Positions 9,271 through 19,367 are shown, numbered from the stretch's first letter. The stretch is DNA of 64,000 bases from a virus (IMGVR_UViG_3300032227_001145:4688-68687); one strand, 5' to 3'. Numbers and translations: made by a program. The notes: generated by a model not told the origin, from the sequence alone.

Positions 9271-10808
9271 TGTGTTAGAATCATTGGAATATCGTCTGCT
9301 TCGTCATCTGACTCGACATTAACATCAGAATTGTTCATCGAATCAACAATATCTTGCAAATCACCTTTCTCTGTAATCTTGAAGTTTTCAATGTGCAAAT
9401 TAATAAAATTTGACTTGTTTGTTCCATCAGGCATATTAACTGGATTGATATGACGCAGGGCATCTTTGCCAAGATGACGAGCTTTTAGATTTACTAGTTT
9501 ATGAGTTCCGAAGCGTTCTCCTTCTTCATGAATTTCTTCAGCAACCTTGCGGCGAAGTAGAAATAGATGAGAGCAGAATTGAGTAATACCATCAGAGAGG
9601 GAAACTACGCTTTCGTCATCTACAATTGCATTTGCTTGACGGTTATTTGTAATACCAAGACGATTAGATTGGACGGAAGTTAACATTGATACACATGGCT
9701 TACCATCAAAGCAAAGATCGCGATGAATTGTTTGCTTAAACTTGTGAACCATATATGCGACTTGTTGCCATCCATCTCCCTTACCCATATTGCCGAAGTC
9801 GCTCTTAATGTAGTCGAAGCTGAAAATCAATGGATTTCCACGACCAATTTTCGAGTAATAAAATCTCTTAAGCAGAGAACACATTTCATCGGCAGACATG
9901 CCTGCGACATTCTCATAATAAAACTTCATGTTTTTAATCTTCGCCCAAGCAGAGCGAACCTTTTGAACAACTTCTTCAGGAGACCAGTTTTTGTAGCTTG
10001 AAGTGCGCCATTTGCCTGTTTGTAGAAGCCATACTGGAATACCTGTCATAGCCGAGCATTGGCGAAAGATAAGCTCTTCTTCGCTCATTTCTCCATTATC
10101 AAAATGAAGAACTGGAACATTATATTTTGCAGAAGTGCGAATGGTATAGTCCATGCAGAACTGAGTCTTGCCAACGCCAGAACGGGCGACAATAACTGAA
10201 ATGTTGCCAGCAAGCAAAAGAGATCCATACATATCATTCAATCGCTTATGCGGACCAAGCATTCCAAATTCTGTAATTGGATTATTGCCGCGCTCTTCGA
10301 CAACATCTTCCATCATATCAAAAAGATTAACAGGACCAGATTCGGTCATCTCGAAATCTTTGATATTTTTATTATACATCTGATCCGCTTGCTCTACGAT
10401 ATCAGAATACTTTAAGCTTGGATCAGCCTTCTTGACAAAAGAAGCTACATCTTTGCAAGAATTATAAATCTCACGACGAGCAGTAAATTTCTTTAGCTCT
10501 TTTACGGAAGCAATAAAAACTTCTTCGGAAATCTTGTAGAAAGCAAGAGAATAAATGTATTCTGAAATATCAATGCTGTCTGGAAAACTAATCTTTAGTT
10601 GATTGATTCTCTGAATCAGAATTGTTTCATCGATAGTTTCTGCATTATCTAATGCATTGCGAATTAACTTAAAGATTGAAATGTTTACCTTAGAATCCTC
10701 ATTATAAAAGTCTTTTTCGTTTAGGAAGATTGAAATTTCTTCCCACTTGTAAGGATGTTGTAGAAGACCGCTCAGAACCTTCTTTTCTAAGTCATATGAA
10801 AAAATCAT
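9267..10808 (-). CDS. dnaB: DnaB-like replicative helicase
   Basis: DnaB N-domain (LEKKVLSGLL), Walker A ARSGVGKT, GEMS, FDYIK, KARH. Confidence 0.9.
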   Translation of the reverse strand: MIFSYDLEKKVLSGLLQHPYKWEEISIFLNEKDFYNEDSKVNISIFKLIRNALDNAETIDETILIQRINQLKISFPDSIDISEYIYSLAFYKISEEVFIASVKELKKFTARREIYNSCKDVASFVKKADPSLKYSDIVEQADQMYNKNIKDFEMTESGPVNLFDMMEDVVEERGNNPITEFGMLGPHKRLNDMYGSLLLAGNISVIVARSGVGKTQFCMDYTIRTSAKYNVPVLHFDNGEMSEEELIFRQCSAMTGIPVWLLQTGKWRTSSYKNWSPEEVVQKVRSAWAKIKNMKFYYENVAGMSADEMCSLLKRFYYSKIGRGNPLIFSFDYIKSDFGNMGKGDGWQQVAYMVHKFKQTIHRDLCFDGKPCVSMLTSVQSNRLGITNNRQANAIVDDESVVSLSDGITQFCSHLFLLRRKVAEEIHEEGERFGTHKLVNLKARHLGKDALRHINPVNMPDGTNKSNFINLHIENFKITEKGDLQDIVDSMNNSDVNVESDDEADDIPMILTQ

Positions 10809-11023
10809 TGTTCAATTTCTTTGCTAATAAAAATATCGATCAGTTTTGAAAGCGCCATATCTACACATGTGTTTTGTGTATTTGAAATTACGCTTGGATT
10901 GCCGTGTTCATTAATATAAAACATCAGAAAGCCTTTGTTACCGCCATTTGGCGAACCAGTGCAATCATAAATTTTAGTCAATAAAGATTGAGGTATTGAA
11001 ACTTCTTGATTTGTAAAGCTCAT
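10805..11023 (-). CDS. Hypothetical protein (72 aa)
   Basis: ATGA overlaps with both neighbours in the operon. Confidence 0.7.
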   Translation of the reverse strand: MSFTNQEVSIPQSLLTKIYDCTGSPNGGNKGFLMFYINEHGNPSVISNTQNTCVDMALSKLIDIFISKEIEQ

Positions 11024-11427
11024 ATTATTTCAAGTTGTCTTAGCAACTCTTCGTTAAGAGTATCAGATTCTAGGATTCTTACAAGCTTAATCTGATTAAT
11101 TTCGCAGAAATACTCTTTTTTATCATCGCGCTGTAATTGCGCTAAAAAGTTTTGCCTAGAATTAGAGTGAAAAAATTTATTAAATTTATAATGCTGATTG
11201 CCGTCTACCTCGACAGCTATTTTACGATTAGCATTATAAAAATCAAGAGTCATCCTTGTTCCAGCAACAGGAAGCTCTTCAAACACAACATCAGCTCCCC
11301 AATGGGGATAAAGAAGATCTTTGATTTTCTTTTGAATTTTACTTTTGCAAGTATTCTTCCACTTGATTAGGTATTTTGATGAATTCTTAATTTTATGCTG
11401 ACGACCAGTTGTGGTTAAGAATATCAT
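11020..11427 (-). CDS. Vsr/DUF559-like endonuclease
   Basis: EELP..LDFY..IAVEVDGNQH..RDDKK pattern. Confidence 0.75.
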   Translation of the reverse strand: MIFLTTTGRQHKIKNSSKYLIKWKNTCKSKIQKKIKDLLYPHWGADVVFEELPVAGTRMTLDFYNANRKIAVEVDGNQHYKFNKFFHSNSRQNFLAQLQRDDKKEYFCEINQIKLVRILESDTLNEELLRQLEII

Positions 11428-12533
11428 TGTAGAATTTTTTCTTTTACAAATTCCTTTAAAACCAGAGTGGTGGATTCATCTTGTTCAAGATGTTCATAAA
11501 TAGAAGACATGCCTTGAAACTTTGGCTTGATTTCAAGATTACGCTCCTTGAGATAGGATACCACTTCATCGTCCACAGTAAACCAAGCTCCTGATTTTTC
11601 TATGAATCCCCACATCATTAACATCTCAACAATCTCACGCTCAATCCAAATTGATTTGCCGCCAGTGCGACCATGCTTAATTGGATACTTTACGGTTTGA
11701 CCAGTTGTTTCATTTGTTGATTTGCAGATCAAAACCTTGGCTAAGTGGCCGTAGATTTTGTTATCTGGCGTGATTTGTTGATTTGGTTTTTCTAGAATTT
11801 TATCAGATTTATTTTGCTTCTGAAATTCAAGAATCCAATCAGGATAGTGAAGAGCTGCATTGCCACCGCTAGAATTAGTTTGGTTATTTGGATCACCCTT
11901 AGCGTAAGGGTTCACATCAATCCTTGACCGAACCTGTGAGATTAAGATGCACATATGTCCAAACTTTGCCATACCAATACTAACTCGCTTTAAGAAATCC
12001 GAAGTCATCAAAGCGCCAGCAGCGACTTTTGCCGCATCGCTAGTTGTCTTATCTAATTCGGCTTTAGGAAGCAAGCCATCCATACTGTCGATGACAATGC
12101 AAAATTTTTCCTTGTCTGGATTATTACGAAGCAAACCTCGCAATAAATCAAACACTATATCAAACACGTTGCACTCAAAAACAAGACAAGTGCCTGCAAC
12201 CCATTCTTCTGGGTTAAAAACAAATTTTAGTCCAGATCTTTCTTGGACATCTTTTGAAAGGCGACCTTCTGCTTTGACAAATAATCCTTTTGAATTATTT
12301 ACAGAATTGATCATGTTAAACATGACATGAAGAGCTTCGTTTGTCTTGCCTCCTTCGTTTGCTCCTACAAAGCGATGAACTCCAGCGGAGAATCCTCCAT
12401 TAAGAAAGGAATCAAGAATCATTGATCCGCTTGATACCACATATTCTTCGGCTGTGTCTTCAAGATTATAATGATAATCTTTGTTTGATTTAAAGAATTG
12501 TGTCGTGAATTCTGTTGTGCTAATCTTACTCAT
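11424..12533 (-). CDS. recA: RecA-family recombinase
   Basis: SSGSMILDSFLNGG, Walker A GANEGGKT, VIDSMDGL, ISQVR, SGGNAALH, GFIEKSGAWF. Confidence 0.88.
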   Translation of the reverse strand: MSKISTTEFTTQFFKSNKDYHYNLEDTAEEYVVSSGSMILDSFLNGGFSAGVHRFVGANEGGKTNEALHVMFNMINSVNNSKGLFVKAEGRLSKDVQERSGLKFVFNPEEWVAGTCLVFECNVFDIVFDLLRGLLRNNPDKEKFCIVIDSMDGLLPKAELDKTTSDAAKVAAGALMTSDFLKRVSIGMAKFGHMCILISQVRSRIDVNPYAKGDPNNQTNSSGGNAALHYPDWILEFQKQNKSDKILEKPNQQITPDNKIYGHLAKVLICKSTNETTGQTVKYPIKHGRTGGKSIWIEREIVEMLMMWGFIEKSGAWFTVDDEVVSYLKERNLEIKPKFQGMSSIYEHLEQDESTTLVLKEFVKEKILQ

Positions 12534-12978
12534 CGTTTAAAAAATCTCTTAAGGTTCGGTGTTTGTTGGTCATTATATCTTCACCAGTTTTCTGAAAATG
12601 ATCAACTATTTTTTCAGCGTTTTTGGGCTTGTAATCAAACTCTAGCTTCTTTTTGCGAAGAAATTCTTTACCATCCGCTGTTAGAAAATATCTTATACTT
12701 CCGTCTAGTTTAAATGGCGGTTTGACTTTTGCAAGGAAGTCGATGTTATTGTCGAATGCTTCGAATACTTTTGTTGCTGTGATCATATCCAAGGCTATGT
12801 CCTTAGATTTGCCACCATCTAACATCCTCTTGATAAAATCTTTTCTTTCGGAAAAGAATGGTTTTGGCGCTTTCTTTTTTGATTTACTTTTTTCAAAAGT
12901 GAAACCACAAGTGCAAAGCAACGCCCTCACTGATAGGAGGGCGTTGCAGGTAGGGCATTGCTTTTTACCTTTCGGCAT
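12526..12978 (-). CDS. Zinc-ribbon protein, first gene of the replication operon
   Basis: N-terminal CPTC...CTCG; directly follows a sigma70-like promoter. Confidence 0.7.
   Translation of the reverse strand: MPKGKKQCPTCNALLSVRALLCTCGFTFEKSKSKKKAPKPFFSERKDFIKRMLDGGKSKDIALDMITATKVFEAFDNNIDFLAKVKPPFKLDGSIRYFLTADGKEFLRKKKLEFDYKPKNAEKIVDHFQKTGEDIMTNKHRTLRDFLNDE
12918..12947. repeat. Perfect 11-bp GC-rich inverted repeat inside a CDS
   Basis: GCAACGCCCTC-N8-GAGGGCGTTGC. Confidence 0.85.
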
Positions 12979-12985
12979 AATCTAT

Positions 12986-13014
12986 ACCCTATTATGAATA
13001 ATAGCATTTGTCAA
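12986..13014 (-). promoter_or_regulatory. sigma70-type promoter for the replication operon
   Basis: TTGACA-N17-TAGGGT; ATG 7 nt downstream of the -10 element. Confidence 0.6.
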
Positions 13015-13017
13015 GCT

Positions 13018-14067
13018 TTAAAAAACTTTATTACAGTCGTTTTCAGATAAATCACTTGCAACCATTTTTTTGACCAAATCTTTGAACGAGGTTTTTGGAA
13101 TCCAGCCTAATTCGTTGCGAGCCTTGGTTGAATCGCCAAGCAGCAAATCTACTTCTGCTGGGCGGTAAAATTCTGAATTAATTTCCACAAAAACCATATC
13201 TTTATAAATATATTTTTCATTAATTCCTTCTCCAACCCAGTTGCACTTATCTTTTTCAAATCCAGCAAAATCAAAAGCTTCTTCAACAAACTCTCTGATT
13301 GAGTGCGTTTCATTTGAGGAAAGAACGTAATCTTGGGGATTTTCTTGATTAAGCATCATCCAAATTCCTTCGACAAAATCTTCTGCATCACTCCAGTCTC
13401 TTTTTGAATCTAAATTTCCAAGCCTAAGAGGCTCAAACGGTAATTTATTTACGATTGAGCTTTTAATCCTAGCTATATTTTTAGTGATTTTGCGAGTCAC
13501 AAATTCTTCGCCACGACGAGTTCCTTCGTGATTGAATAACCAACCTTGAACTGCATAAAGATCATAAGATTCCCGCCAAACTTTAACCATATGCCTTGCA
13601 GAAGCTTTAGAGACTCCATATGGACTTCTTGGGCGAAGTGGATGAGCTTCGTCTTGAGGAACTGTTACAACGTCTCCAAACTCCTCTGAGGAGCCTGCGT
13701 TGTAGTATCTGCATTTTGGGCAGTATTTACGAATCGCTTCAAGTTGATACATGACTGCCATTGCGTTAGTCATCATGTGATTAACGGGCTGCTTCCAGCT
13801 TACGCCAACAAAAGAATTCGCGGCTAGATTAATAAAGTAATCTGGTTTTTCTTCGGCTATTACTTGATCAACATTTGCTTGATCTGCAACATCTAAATCA
13901 ATCAGCTTAAAGCGAGGATTCCCAATGAGATGTTGTATATTCAAATGGTTTTTAACACTAAGTCTTCGAACACCAGCAATAATAGTATGTTCCGTATTTT
14001 TTAAAAGATAGTCGGCCATGAAGCTTCCATCTTGACCAGTAACGCCTGTTATGATTACTTTTTTCAT
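13018..14067 (-). CDS. gmd: GDP-mannose 4,6-dehydratase
   Basis: ITGVTGQDGSFMA, NLAANSFV, YNAGSSEEFG, RSPYGVSK, LFNHE, FVTRKIT, LGNLDSKRDW, YRPAEVDLLLGD. Confidence 0.95.
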   Translation of the reverse strand: MKKVIITGVTGQDGSFMADYLLKNTEHTIIAGVRRLSVKNHLNIQHLIGNPRFKLIDLDVADQANVDQVIAEEKPDYFINLAANSFVGVSWKQPVNHMMTNAMAVMYQLEAIRKYCPKCRYYNAGSSEEFGDVVTVPQDEAHPLRPRSPYGVSKASARHMVKVWRESYDLYAVQGWLFNHEGTRRGEEFVTRKITKNIARIKSSIVNKLPFEPLRLGNLDSKRDWSDAEDFVEGIWMMLNQENPQDYVLSSNETHSIREFVEEAFDFAGFEKDKCNWVGEGINEKYIYKDMVFVEINSEFYRPAEVDLLLGDSTKARNELGWIPKTSFKDLVKKMVASDLSENDCNKVF

Positions 14068-14405
14068 GTTTTGAATTCGATTGTGTCGCTCTCTGGAAAA
14101 AATTTATTTCTAAATTTTTGTTTAGCATTATATCTTTCCATATTACAATTATCAACTTCTTTGGCTGTTATTTCACCATAACGAGCCTGTTCAACAGCAT
14201 TGAAGACTTTTTGATTTATTTCAACCATATCAGAATATTCTTTAGAAGATATTAAAGAGTCCCAAAATTCTTTAGGGAATTGGCTCGACATGTAAGCTAC
14301 GCAGTTCATCCAGATATGAGATTGAGCTGGATTATTGTTTTTCTTAACTTCAAGGATTGCCAAGTAATCAAAGGCGAACCCTTCGTCTGTCATTATATAC
14401 ATCAT
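14064..14405 (-). CDS. Small protein of the type often found in glycosyltransferase clusters (DYLAILEVKK; DUF6165-like)
   Basis: ATGA-coupled at both ends; motif resemblance recalled, not searched. Confidence 0.5.
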   Translation of the reverse strand: MMYIMTDEGFAFDYLAILEVKKNNNPAQSHIWMNCVAYMSSQFPKEFWDSLISSKEYSDMVEINQKVFNAVEQARYGEITAKEVDNCNMERYNAKQKFRNKFFPESDTIEFKT

Positions 14406-14914
14406 TTTTTTACTAATATTTGTATGTTTAAATTGTGGCATTTTGGATTAAATAAAAGAGATTGGTCGATTACATCCTCATTCACGGAAATAATGGTAAA
14501 ACCAAGTTTTTGAAGATGAGAGCAAATTTGATCTTTTGAATAAACGCTTTTGTGAAAATCGCATTCTTGGCTACCAACGTCAGTATAGTTAATTCCAGCA
14601 AACAACATGTAATTTAATGTAGCTACATCCCAAACACCAATTCTATACGCTTCAATAATTTTATCAAAGTTTGTTGTTTGGATGAAAAGCTCTCCGTCTT
14701 TACACAACCAATTATACCATTTTGAGAGTTGCAATAATGCTGTTTGATATGGCAAATGCTCAATTATGTCTTGAGCATGAATTTTTTCTATAGAATCATG
14801 ATCATATTCTAGACCAAGAATGTCTGCTTTAATTACAAGAGGATGGTCATAATGCATGTCGATATTGACCCATCCTTCTTTAACGTCTTTGGCGCAACCT
14901 AAATTAAGTTTCAT
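14402..14914 (-). CDS. Class I SAM-dependent methyltransferase
   Basis: KLNLGCAKDVKEGWVNID, IHAQDIIEHL, LCKDGELFI. Confidence 0.85.
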   Translation of the reverse strand: MKLNLGCAKDVKEGWVNIDMHYDHPLVIKADILGLEYDHDSIEKIHAQDIIEHLPYQTALLQLSKWYNWLCKDGELFIQTTNFDKIIEAYRIGVWDVATLNYMLFAGINYTDVGSQECDFHKSVYSKDQICSHLQKLGFTIISVNEDVIDQSLLFNPKCHNLNIQILVKK

Positions 14915-15500
14915 TTTTATATTCTTTTAATTTGTTTAAAGCTTCTTCTGAAGAAATATTAGAGCCAAGTTTTGGAATATCAATGTATTTTGGATTGATA
15001 TACCAATCTTCTACGCTCCACCCTGAAAACATAACATTTTCAACTAAAAGTTTATAACCCTTTTCTTGAAATAATGCAATAGATCGATCCTTTAAGCCTT
15101 GATATCCTTGGTGATATTGATTGTGTTCAAAGGTTATGAATTTAAATTCAAACAAATCAAATGGGAAATTATCTAAAACAGAATCAGTAGCCTCATCTAC
15201 ATCAAAAGATAAATAATCAATCAATGGTTGATTGACCATTGCAATCATTTTTTTTCTTAAATCAATAGTCAAATCAGTTGCGCATGAAAATGTATTTCGC
15301 TCATATTGAAATTCTAAAATCATAGAATCGCTAATATCAAATGAAAAACCATTCCAGCCTTTTTGTTCTAACAAAAAAGTGTTATTCCCGCATGGTTTAT
15401 CACGACCGTTGCCACAACCAAAATCTAAAAACGTTCGATTTTCGCCTAATAATTCAAGAACAAATAAATCTTGACCAATTTGTGAATAATTTTTTACCAT
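14904..15500 (-). CDS. FkbM-like methyltransferase
   Basis: YSQIGQD, FLDFGCG, NNTFLLEQKGWNG, IDYLSFDVD, ITFEHN. Confidence 0.8.
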   Translation of the reverse strand: MVKNYSQIGQDLFVLELLGENRTFLDFGCGNGRDKPCGNNTFLLEQKGWNGFSFDISDSMILEFQYERNTFSCATDLTIDLRKKMIAMVNQPLIDYLSFDVDEATDSVLDNFPFDLFEFKFITFEHNQYHQGYQGLKDRSIALFQEKGYKLLVENVMFSGWSVEDWYINPKYIDIPKLGSNISSEEALNKLKEYKNET

Positions 15501-16189
15501 ATAAAATTTGTAATACTCGGATGATTATAAAGCCAATTTTTATGATCAAATTCAGGTTGAGATGGAGGATTAAAACAATAAACCTTGCAGCCAACTGCTG
15601 CTGCTAAATGCATATCTCCAGTATTCGATCCGACATATTGACCCGCGATTCTCAACAAATGAATGTAAACTGACAAATCAAGATCTATTAACTGATTATC
15701 AATCCCAGAAATTTTTTTATAATTATCTGAATGATAACAACCAATAGGAGTAACTCCTTGTGTTTGAAATTGTTTGATTGTGGTTTCAATATGTTCTTGA
15801 GGCATGTTGCGAATATGCGACCAACGCTTAGAACAAAAGGGATTAAAAACAATTGGATTTTTAATTCCTTCTAAAATAGATAACGCTTTTTTTTGTGAAT
15901 TTTCATTGAAATGCAAAACTAAAGGAAGGTGGTTGAATTTATCTGCATCTTTTCCAAAAAAGTTTCTTAATTTTTCTATTGAACAATGAGAACTTGGGTT
16001 ATTGATATCTGGCAATACATTCACAAAATCCGTGATTTCAACCTCTGCTATATGATCAAATAGAATTGCAAATCTAGAAATTTCTGGATAAAGTTGAACA
16101 GTAAATTTCATAGGAAAATATTTACAAATTGATGTAAATAATAAAACATCTCCCAAGCCAGCGGAGCCTCTTTTTGGTCCAAATTTCAT
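15494..16189 (-). CDS. GT9 (heptosyltransferase-like) glycosyltransferase
   Basis: GLGDVLLFTS at the N-terminus and YVGSNTGDMHLAAAVG at the C-terminus. Confidence 0.8.
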   Translation of the reverse strand: MKFGPKRGSAGLGDVLLFTSICKYFPMKFTVQLYPEISRFAILFDHIAEVEITDFVNVLPDINNPSSHCSIEKLRNFFGKDADKFNHLPLVLHFNENSQKKALSILEGIKNPIVFNPFCSKRWSHIRNMPQEHIETTIKQFQTQGVTPIGCYHSDNYKKISGIDNQLIDLDLSVYIHLLRIAGQYVGSNTGDMHLAAAVGCKVYCFNPPSQPEFDHKNWLYNHPSITNFIW

Positions 16190-16956
16190 AAGAAAGCTAT
16201 ATCGTGAATAAAATGAGGTTCATTAAAATCTTCTTGATTCATATGAATCTTATGAGGAGGGGTTTTTCCTCCCGATTCAAGGAACCATTGACGATGCCAA
16301 AATTCATGATTGCGCTTCAATCTAGATTCTAAGTTTAAATATCCAAAATGAACAACAAAGATACTTCCATATTTTAAATCTTGCAATTCATGTGGCAAAA
16401 TTACATACTTAACAAGACGGCCATAATCATCAATTAGTTCACAAGTATCGCTACGATTTGTATCGACCGTGCCATCAGGATTTCTTGCAAATTCAACTGG
16501 TCCACGATGAAAGCCCTTTTTATGCATATACCATTTTGGAGTAATGTCTTTATACATATGCCAATCTTTGTAAATATTTAAAGATGGGATCATATAACAA
16601 TCAAAATTTTGTTGCGAAAACAAAATCTCTGCATACTTACGCCAAATAGTGTGTTGGTTTTTGGGAATAAATTCATCAATATCAAGCTGAACCAAAATAT
16701 CACCGCTGCATTTTTTCAATGCGATATCTTTAATTTTTCCATCTAATAACGGATCATCATAAGAAATATCGCAACAAACAATCTTAAGATTTTTTAATCC
16801 TAATTCTAAGATCAGATTTTCTGTATCGTCTTGGCTTGTATTTACAGCAACAACAACTTCATCAGCAAATTCACTTGATAACTTTAAAGATTGTTCCCAA
16901 TGTAAAAATCCATTTTTTAATAAATTAAACGCTGATGTGTAAACTGAAATTTTCAT
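16186..16956 (-). CDS. GT2-like (GT-A) glycosyltransferase
   Basis: ISVYTSAFN, ADEVVVA..SQDDT, DILVQLDIDE (DxD). Confidence 0.8.
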   Translation of the reverse strand: MKISVYTSAFNLLKNGFLHWEQSLKLSSEFADEVVVAVNTSQDDTENLILELGLKNLKIVCCDISYDDPLLDGKIKDIALKKCSGDILVQLDIDEFIPKNQHTIWRKYAEILFSQQNFDCYMIPSLNIYKDWHMYKDITPKWYMHKKGFHRGPVEFARNPDGTVDTNRSDTCELIDDYGRLVKYVILPHELQDLKYGSIFVVHFGYLNLESRLKRNHEFWHRQWFLESGGKTPPHKIHMNQEDFNEPHFIHDIAFL

Positions 16957-17822
16957 GAAATAGTAATCAAATTTTTAAAATCAAAATCTTCAATAAAGTC
17001 TTTTTGTTTCAGAACGTGAAATCTAACAAAATCGTTGAGATATTTTTCTGCGTTGATACATTCTTTTACACATTCTGAATATTGTCCTTTAATAAGATAT
17101 TGGCGAACTTCTTCAATCTTTTCAATATCAATGCCATTTTTCAACATTTCATCTAGAAATGTTGCGCGATGCGTATATCGATCTTGAATGAATTGTTGAT
17201 CATTTTCGCATTTAAGAATTAAATGATTACTTCTAGGGAATAGGTAATATTTTAGATTTTGCTCTACGAAATGAAATGGATCTCTATATTCAGAGCGAAC
17301 ATTGCGCCAATATTCATCTTTCCAAAATGGCAAATTAGTAATTTCAATACCATGTGAAACTCCAGCAACACCACAATGAGGATTAGAAACAAAAGAAGTT
17401 GACTCGTTGTATTGAAAAAGAAAATGTTTATTGCGGATATAAGCTCCGTTTATTTTGCTTTGATTAAATGCATGAATCAATTCTTTAAGGCGGGCGGCAA
17501 AGGCAATATCCATGCGCTCCATAGTATCAATTACAACAAACCAATCGCCATACCTGATTGGTCCATGATACAAACCTATATTCCGACTAAAATCAAAACG
17601 ATTACACCAAGGAGAAAGAATAACTTTGCTTTTTGGCAAACTCGTTAAATAATTATAGCCTTGATCGTAAGTATCATCTGTTATTCTCGCATCCAAACAA
17701 TCATCATGAAATACCCAAACAAAACCATCAAAATATTGTTTAATTGGTTCAATTAAATCTTGAAGATGTTCTCTTTGGCCTTTTGTAGTAAGGCCCGTCA
17801 ACCAAAGTTTCATATGTTTCAT
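16953..17822 (-). CDS. GT-A-fold glycosyltransferase-like protein
   Basis: FDFSRNIGL and WFVVIDTMER resemble the GT2 pattern; cluster context. Confidence 0.55.
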   Translation of the reverse strand: MKHMKLWLTGLTTKGQREHLQDLIEPIKQYFDGFVWVFHDDCLDARITDDTYDQGYNYLTSLPKSKVILSPWCNRFDFSRNIGLYHGPIRYGDWFVVIDTMERMDIAFAARLKELIHAFNQSKINGAYIRNKHFLFQYNESTSFVSNPHCGVAGVSHGIEITNLPFWKDEYWRNVRSEYRDPFHFVEQNLKYYLFPRSNHLILKCENDQQFIQDRYTHRATFLDEMLKNGIDIEKIEEVRQYLIKGQYSECVKECINAEKYLNDFVRFHVLKQKDFIEDFDFKNLITIS

Positions 17823-17932
17823 GATATGGAAAAACCATAAAAACTCAATAAAAAAATAATAGCTTTTTTAAATTATTCTTATATTTTGTAATTAATTCAA
17901 ATTCAGATAAATTAAAGCCAAAATTTATTGTT

Positions 17933-18658
17933 TCATTTTTTTATGAAAACACCCCACGCTGAAGTTCTAAATAATTCGAAATCTAAATAATATAAATTAT
18001 TTCTTTTGCAACTTTCTTCTATATCTTTATATTTTATTTCATTGCAAAACCATATTCTTTCATTCATCATATTCTGAAAATCTTCTTCATCATGAGCGTA
18101 GTCATGCGCTAATATAATATCTCCTGATTTCATAAAATCAGAATACAAATTAAACTCTTGTATTTTTAGAGCATCACAAAATAAGATTGATCTTTCTGAG
18201 GATGCAATCTTTTCTTTCAATAAATCAATAACATTTTTTGAAAAAATATCTTCATAATGAATTTTACCATCAAAACCTTTTATTATATTTTCATATAATA
18301 ATGGAGTATTTTCTTTTGCATATTCAAATGTTAAAAACTCACAATTTTTTAATTTTGAATATAAACTTAAAAATACAGATAATCCTCCAGTTCTTGCTCC
18401 AAATTCAATTATGAGTTTTGGATTTAGATTTTTTAATAAATAATCTATTAATTGAAGAGCATAATTGTTTTGTTGAATTTTAACTCCAAATATTTCATAT
18501 TCTAATTTAATGTCTTCGAATGGTTTCAATATTTTAATATTTTTTTTATTTCCAATAAACAAAGCTATGATCTTTGTCTTTTTCTGGTATTTGAGAATCT
18601 GGCCAACCTGATGATATGGCGATTTCCCATTCTTCATTATTAAAATTTGGATAATCAA
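17933..18658 (-). CDS. CmcI/class I SAM O-methyltransferase-like protein (start uncertain)
   Basis: PKLIIEFGARTGGLS, ILFCDA, GDIILAHDY; the true start may be TTG at 18529, which avoids a 113-nt overlap. Confidence 0.7.
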   Translation of the reverse strand: MIIQILIMKNGKSPYHQVGQILKYQKKTKIIALFIGNKKNIKILKPFEDIKLEYEIFGVKIQQNNYALQLIDYLLKNLNPKLIIEFGARTGGLSVFLSLYSKLKNCEFLTFEYAKENTPLLYENIIKGFDGKIHYEDIFSKNVIDLLKEKIASSERSILFCDALKIQEFNLYSDFMKSGDIILAHDYAHDEEDFQNMMNERIWFCNEIKYKDIEESCKRNNLYYLDFELFRTSAWGVFIKK

Positions 18659-19313
18659 ACCTTTCGGTGGGTTTCTTTATCATCCACAGTTCTTTAGTAT
18701 CTGTCCTATGTTTCCACATGCTTCCATCTGGATTGCTTCTATGACTCCATTTTCCATTATCAAGAAATATAGGAATTGCTGAATTAAAATAAAAACTCAT
18801 ATACTTTAGATTATTATCAATAATAAAATTTTGAATACATTCCTCGGTCCATTTAATTTTGTGCCATGGTCCCGGACCCCCAATTGATTTAGGTATTTTG
18901 TTATAAAATTCAACAGAAATAAATTGCGCTCTTTCTGAATATCTTCCATGAGCTTGATCTCCTGCTAAATCAATATAGCAAAATCCTTTATTTTCTATAA
19001 AGTCGATAAATGTATTAATGTGCTCTTGATTTAATTGTGCCGCTAAAACTTGGTCTGATTGAATATAAAAAGCATATTTACTTTGACATTGAGCAAATAA
19101 TTGTATGGTTCCAGCGCCACATCCAACATTAACATCATTTAATATTAATTTATCGATCAGTCCCTGCTCTTTAAATTTAAGAGCATAGTCTTGGCGACCA
19201 CCATTAGAAAGAAATGTTACCTTATGGGGAAAATTACTATATTGCTTTATACTATTTAAAAGAAGAGAAGACTCTTCTTCTCTTTCGTAATCTAATATTA
19301 GATAATCTATCAT
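18546..19313 (-). CDS. GT-A-fold glycosyltransferase-like protein
   Basis: ILDYER..LLLNSI..VTFLSNG..NVGCGAG..KYAFYIQSD follows the GT2 layout. Confidence 0.6.
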   Translation of the reverse strand: MIDYLILDYEREEESSLLLNSIKQYSNFPHKVTFLSNGGRQDYALKFKEQGLIDKLILNDVNVGCGAGTIQLFAQCQSKYAFYIQSDQVLAAQLNQEHINTFIDFIENKGFCYIDLAGDQAHGRYSERAQFISVEFYNKIPKSIGGPGPWHKIKWTEECIQNFIIDNNLKYMSFYFNSAIPIFLDNGKWSHRSNPDGSMWKHRTDTKELWMIKKPTERFDYPNFNNEEWEIAISSGWPDSQIPEKDKDHSFVYWK

Positions 19314-19346
19314 AAAAAACCCTTCTAGGCAAGAAACCTAGAAGGG
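19314..19346 (-). terminator. Intrinsic terminator after hsp20
   Basis: CCCTTCTAGG-N7-CCTAGAAGGG then TTTTTT on the minus strand, directly before the ATG at 19313. Confidence 0.8.
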
Positions 19347-19367
19347 CGATATAAATCACTTCAAGGA

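Noticed and set aside
17823-17932. Coding-like AT-rich stretch in the glycan cluster gap
   Set aside because: No start codon in the open frame, and it is bounded by stops
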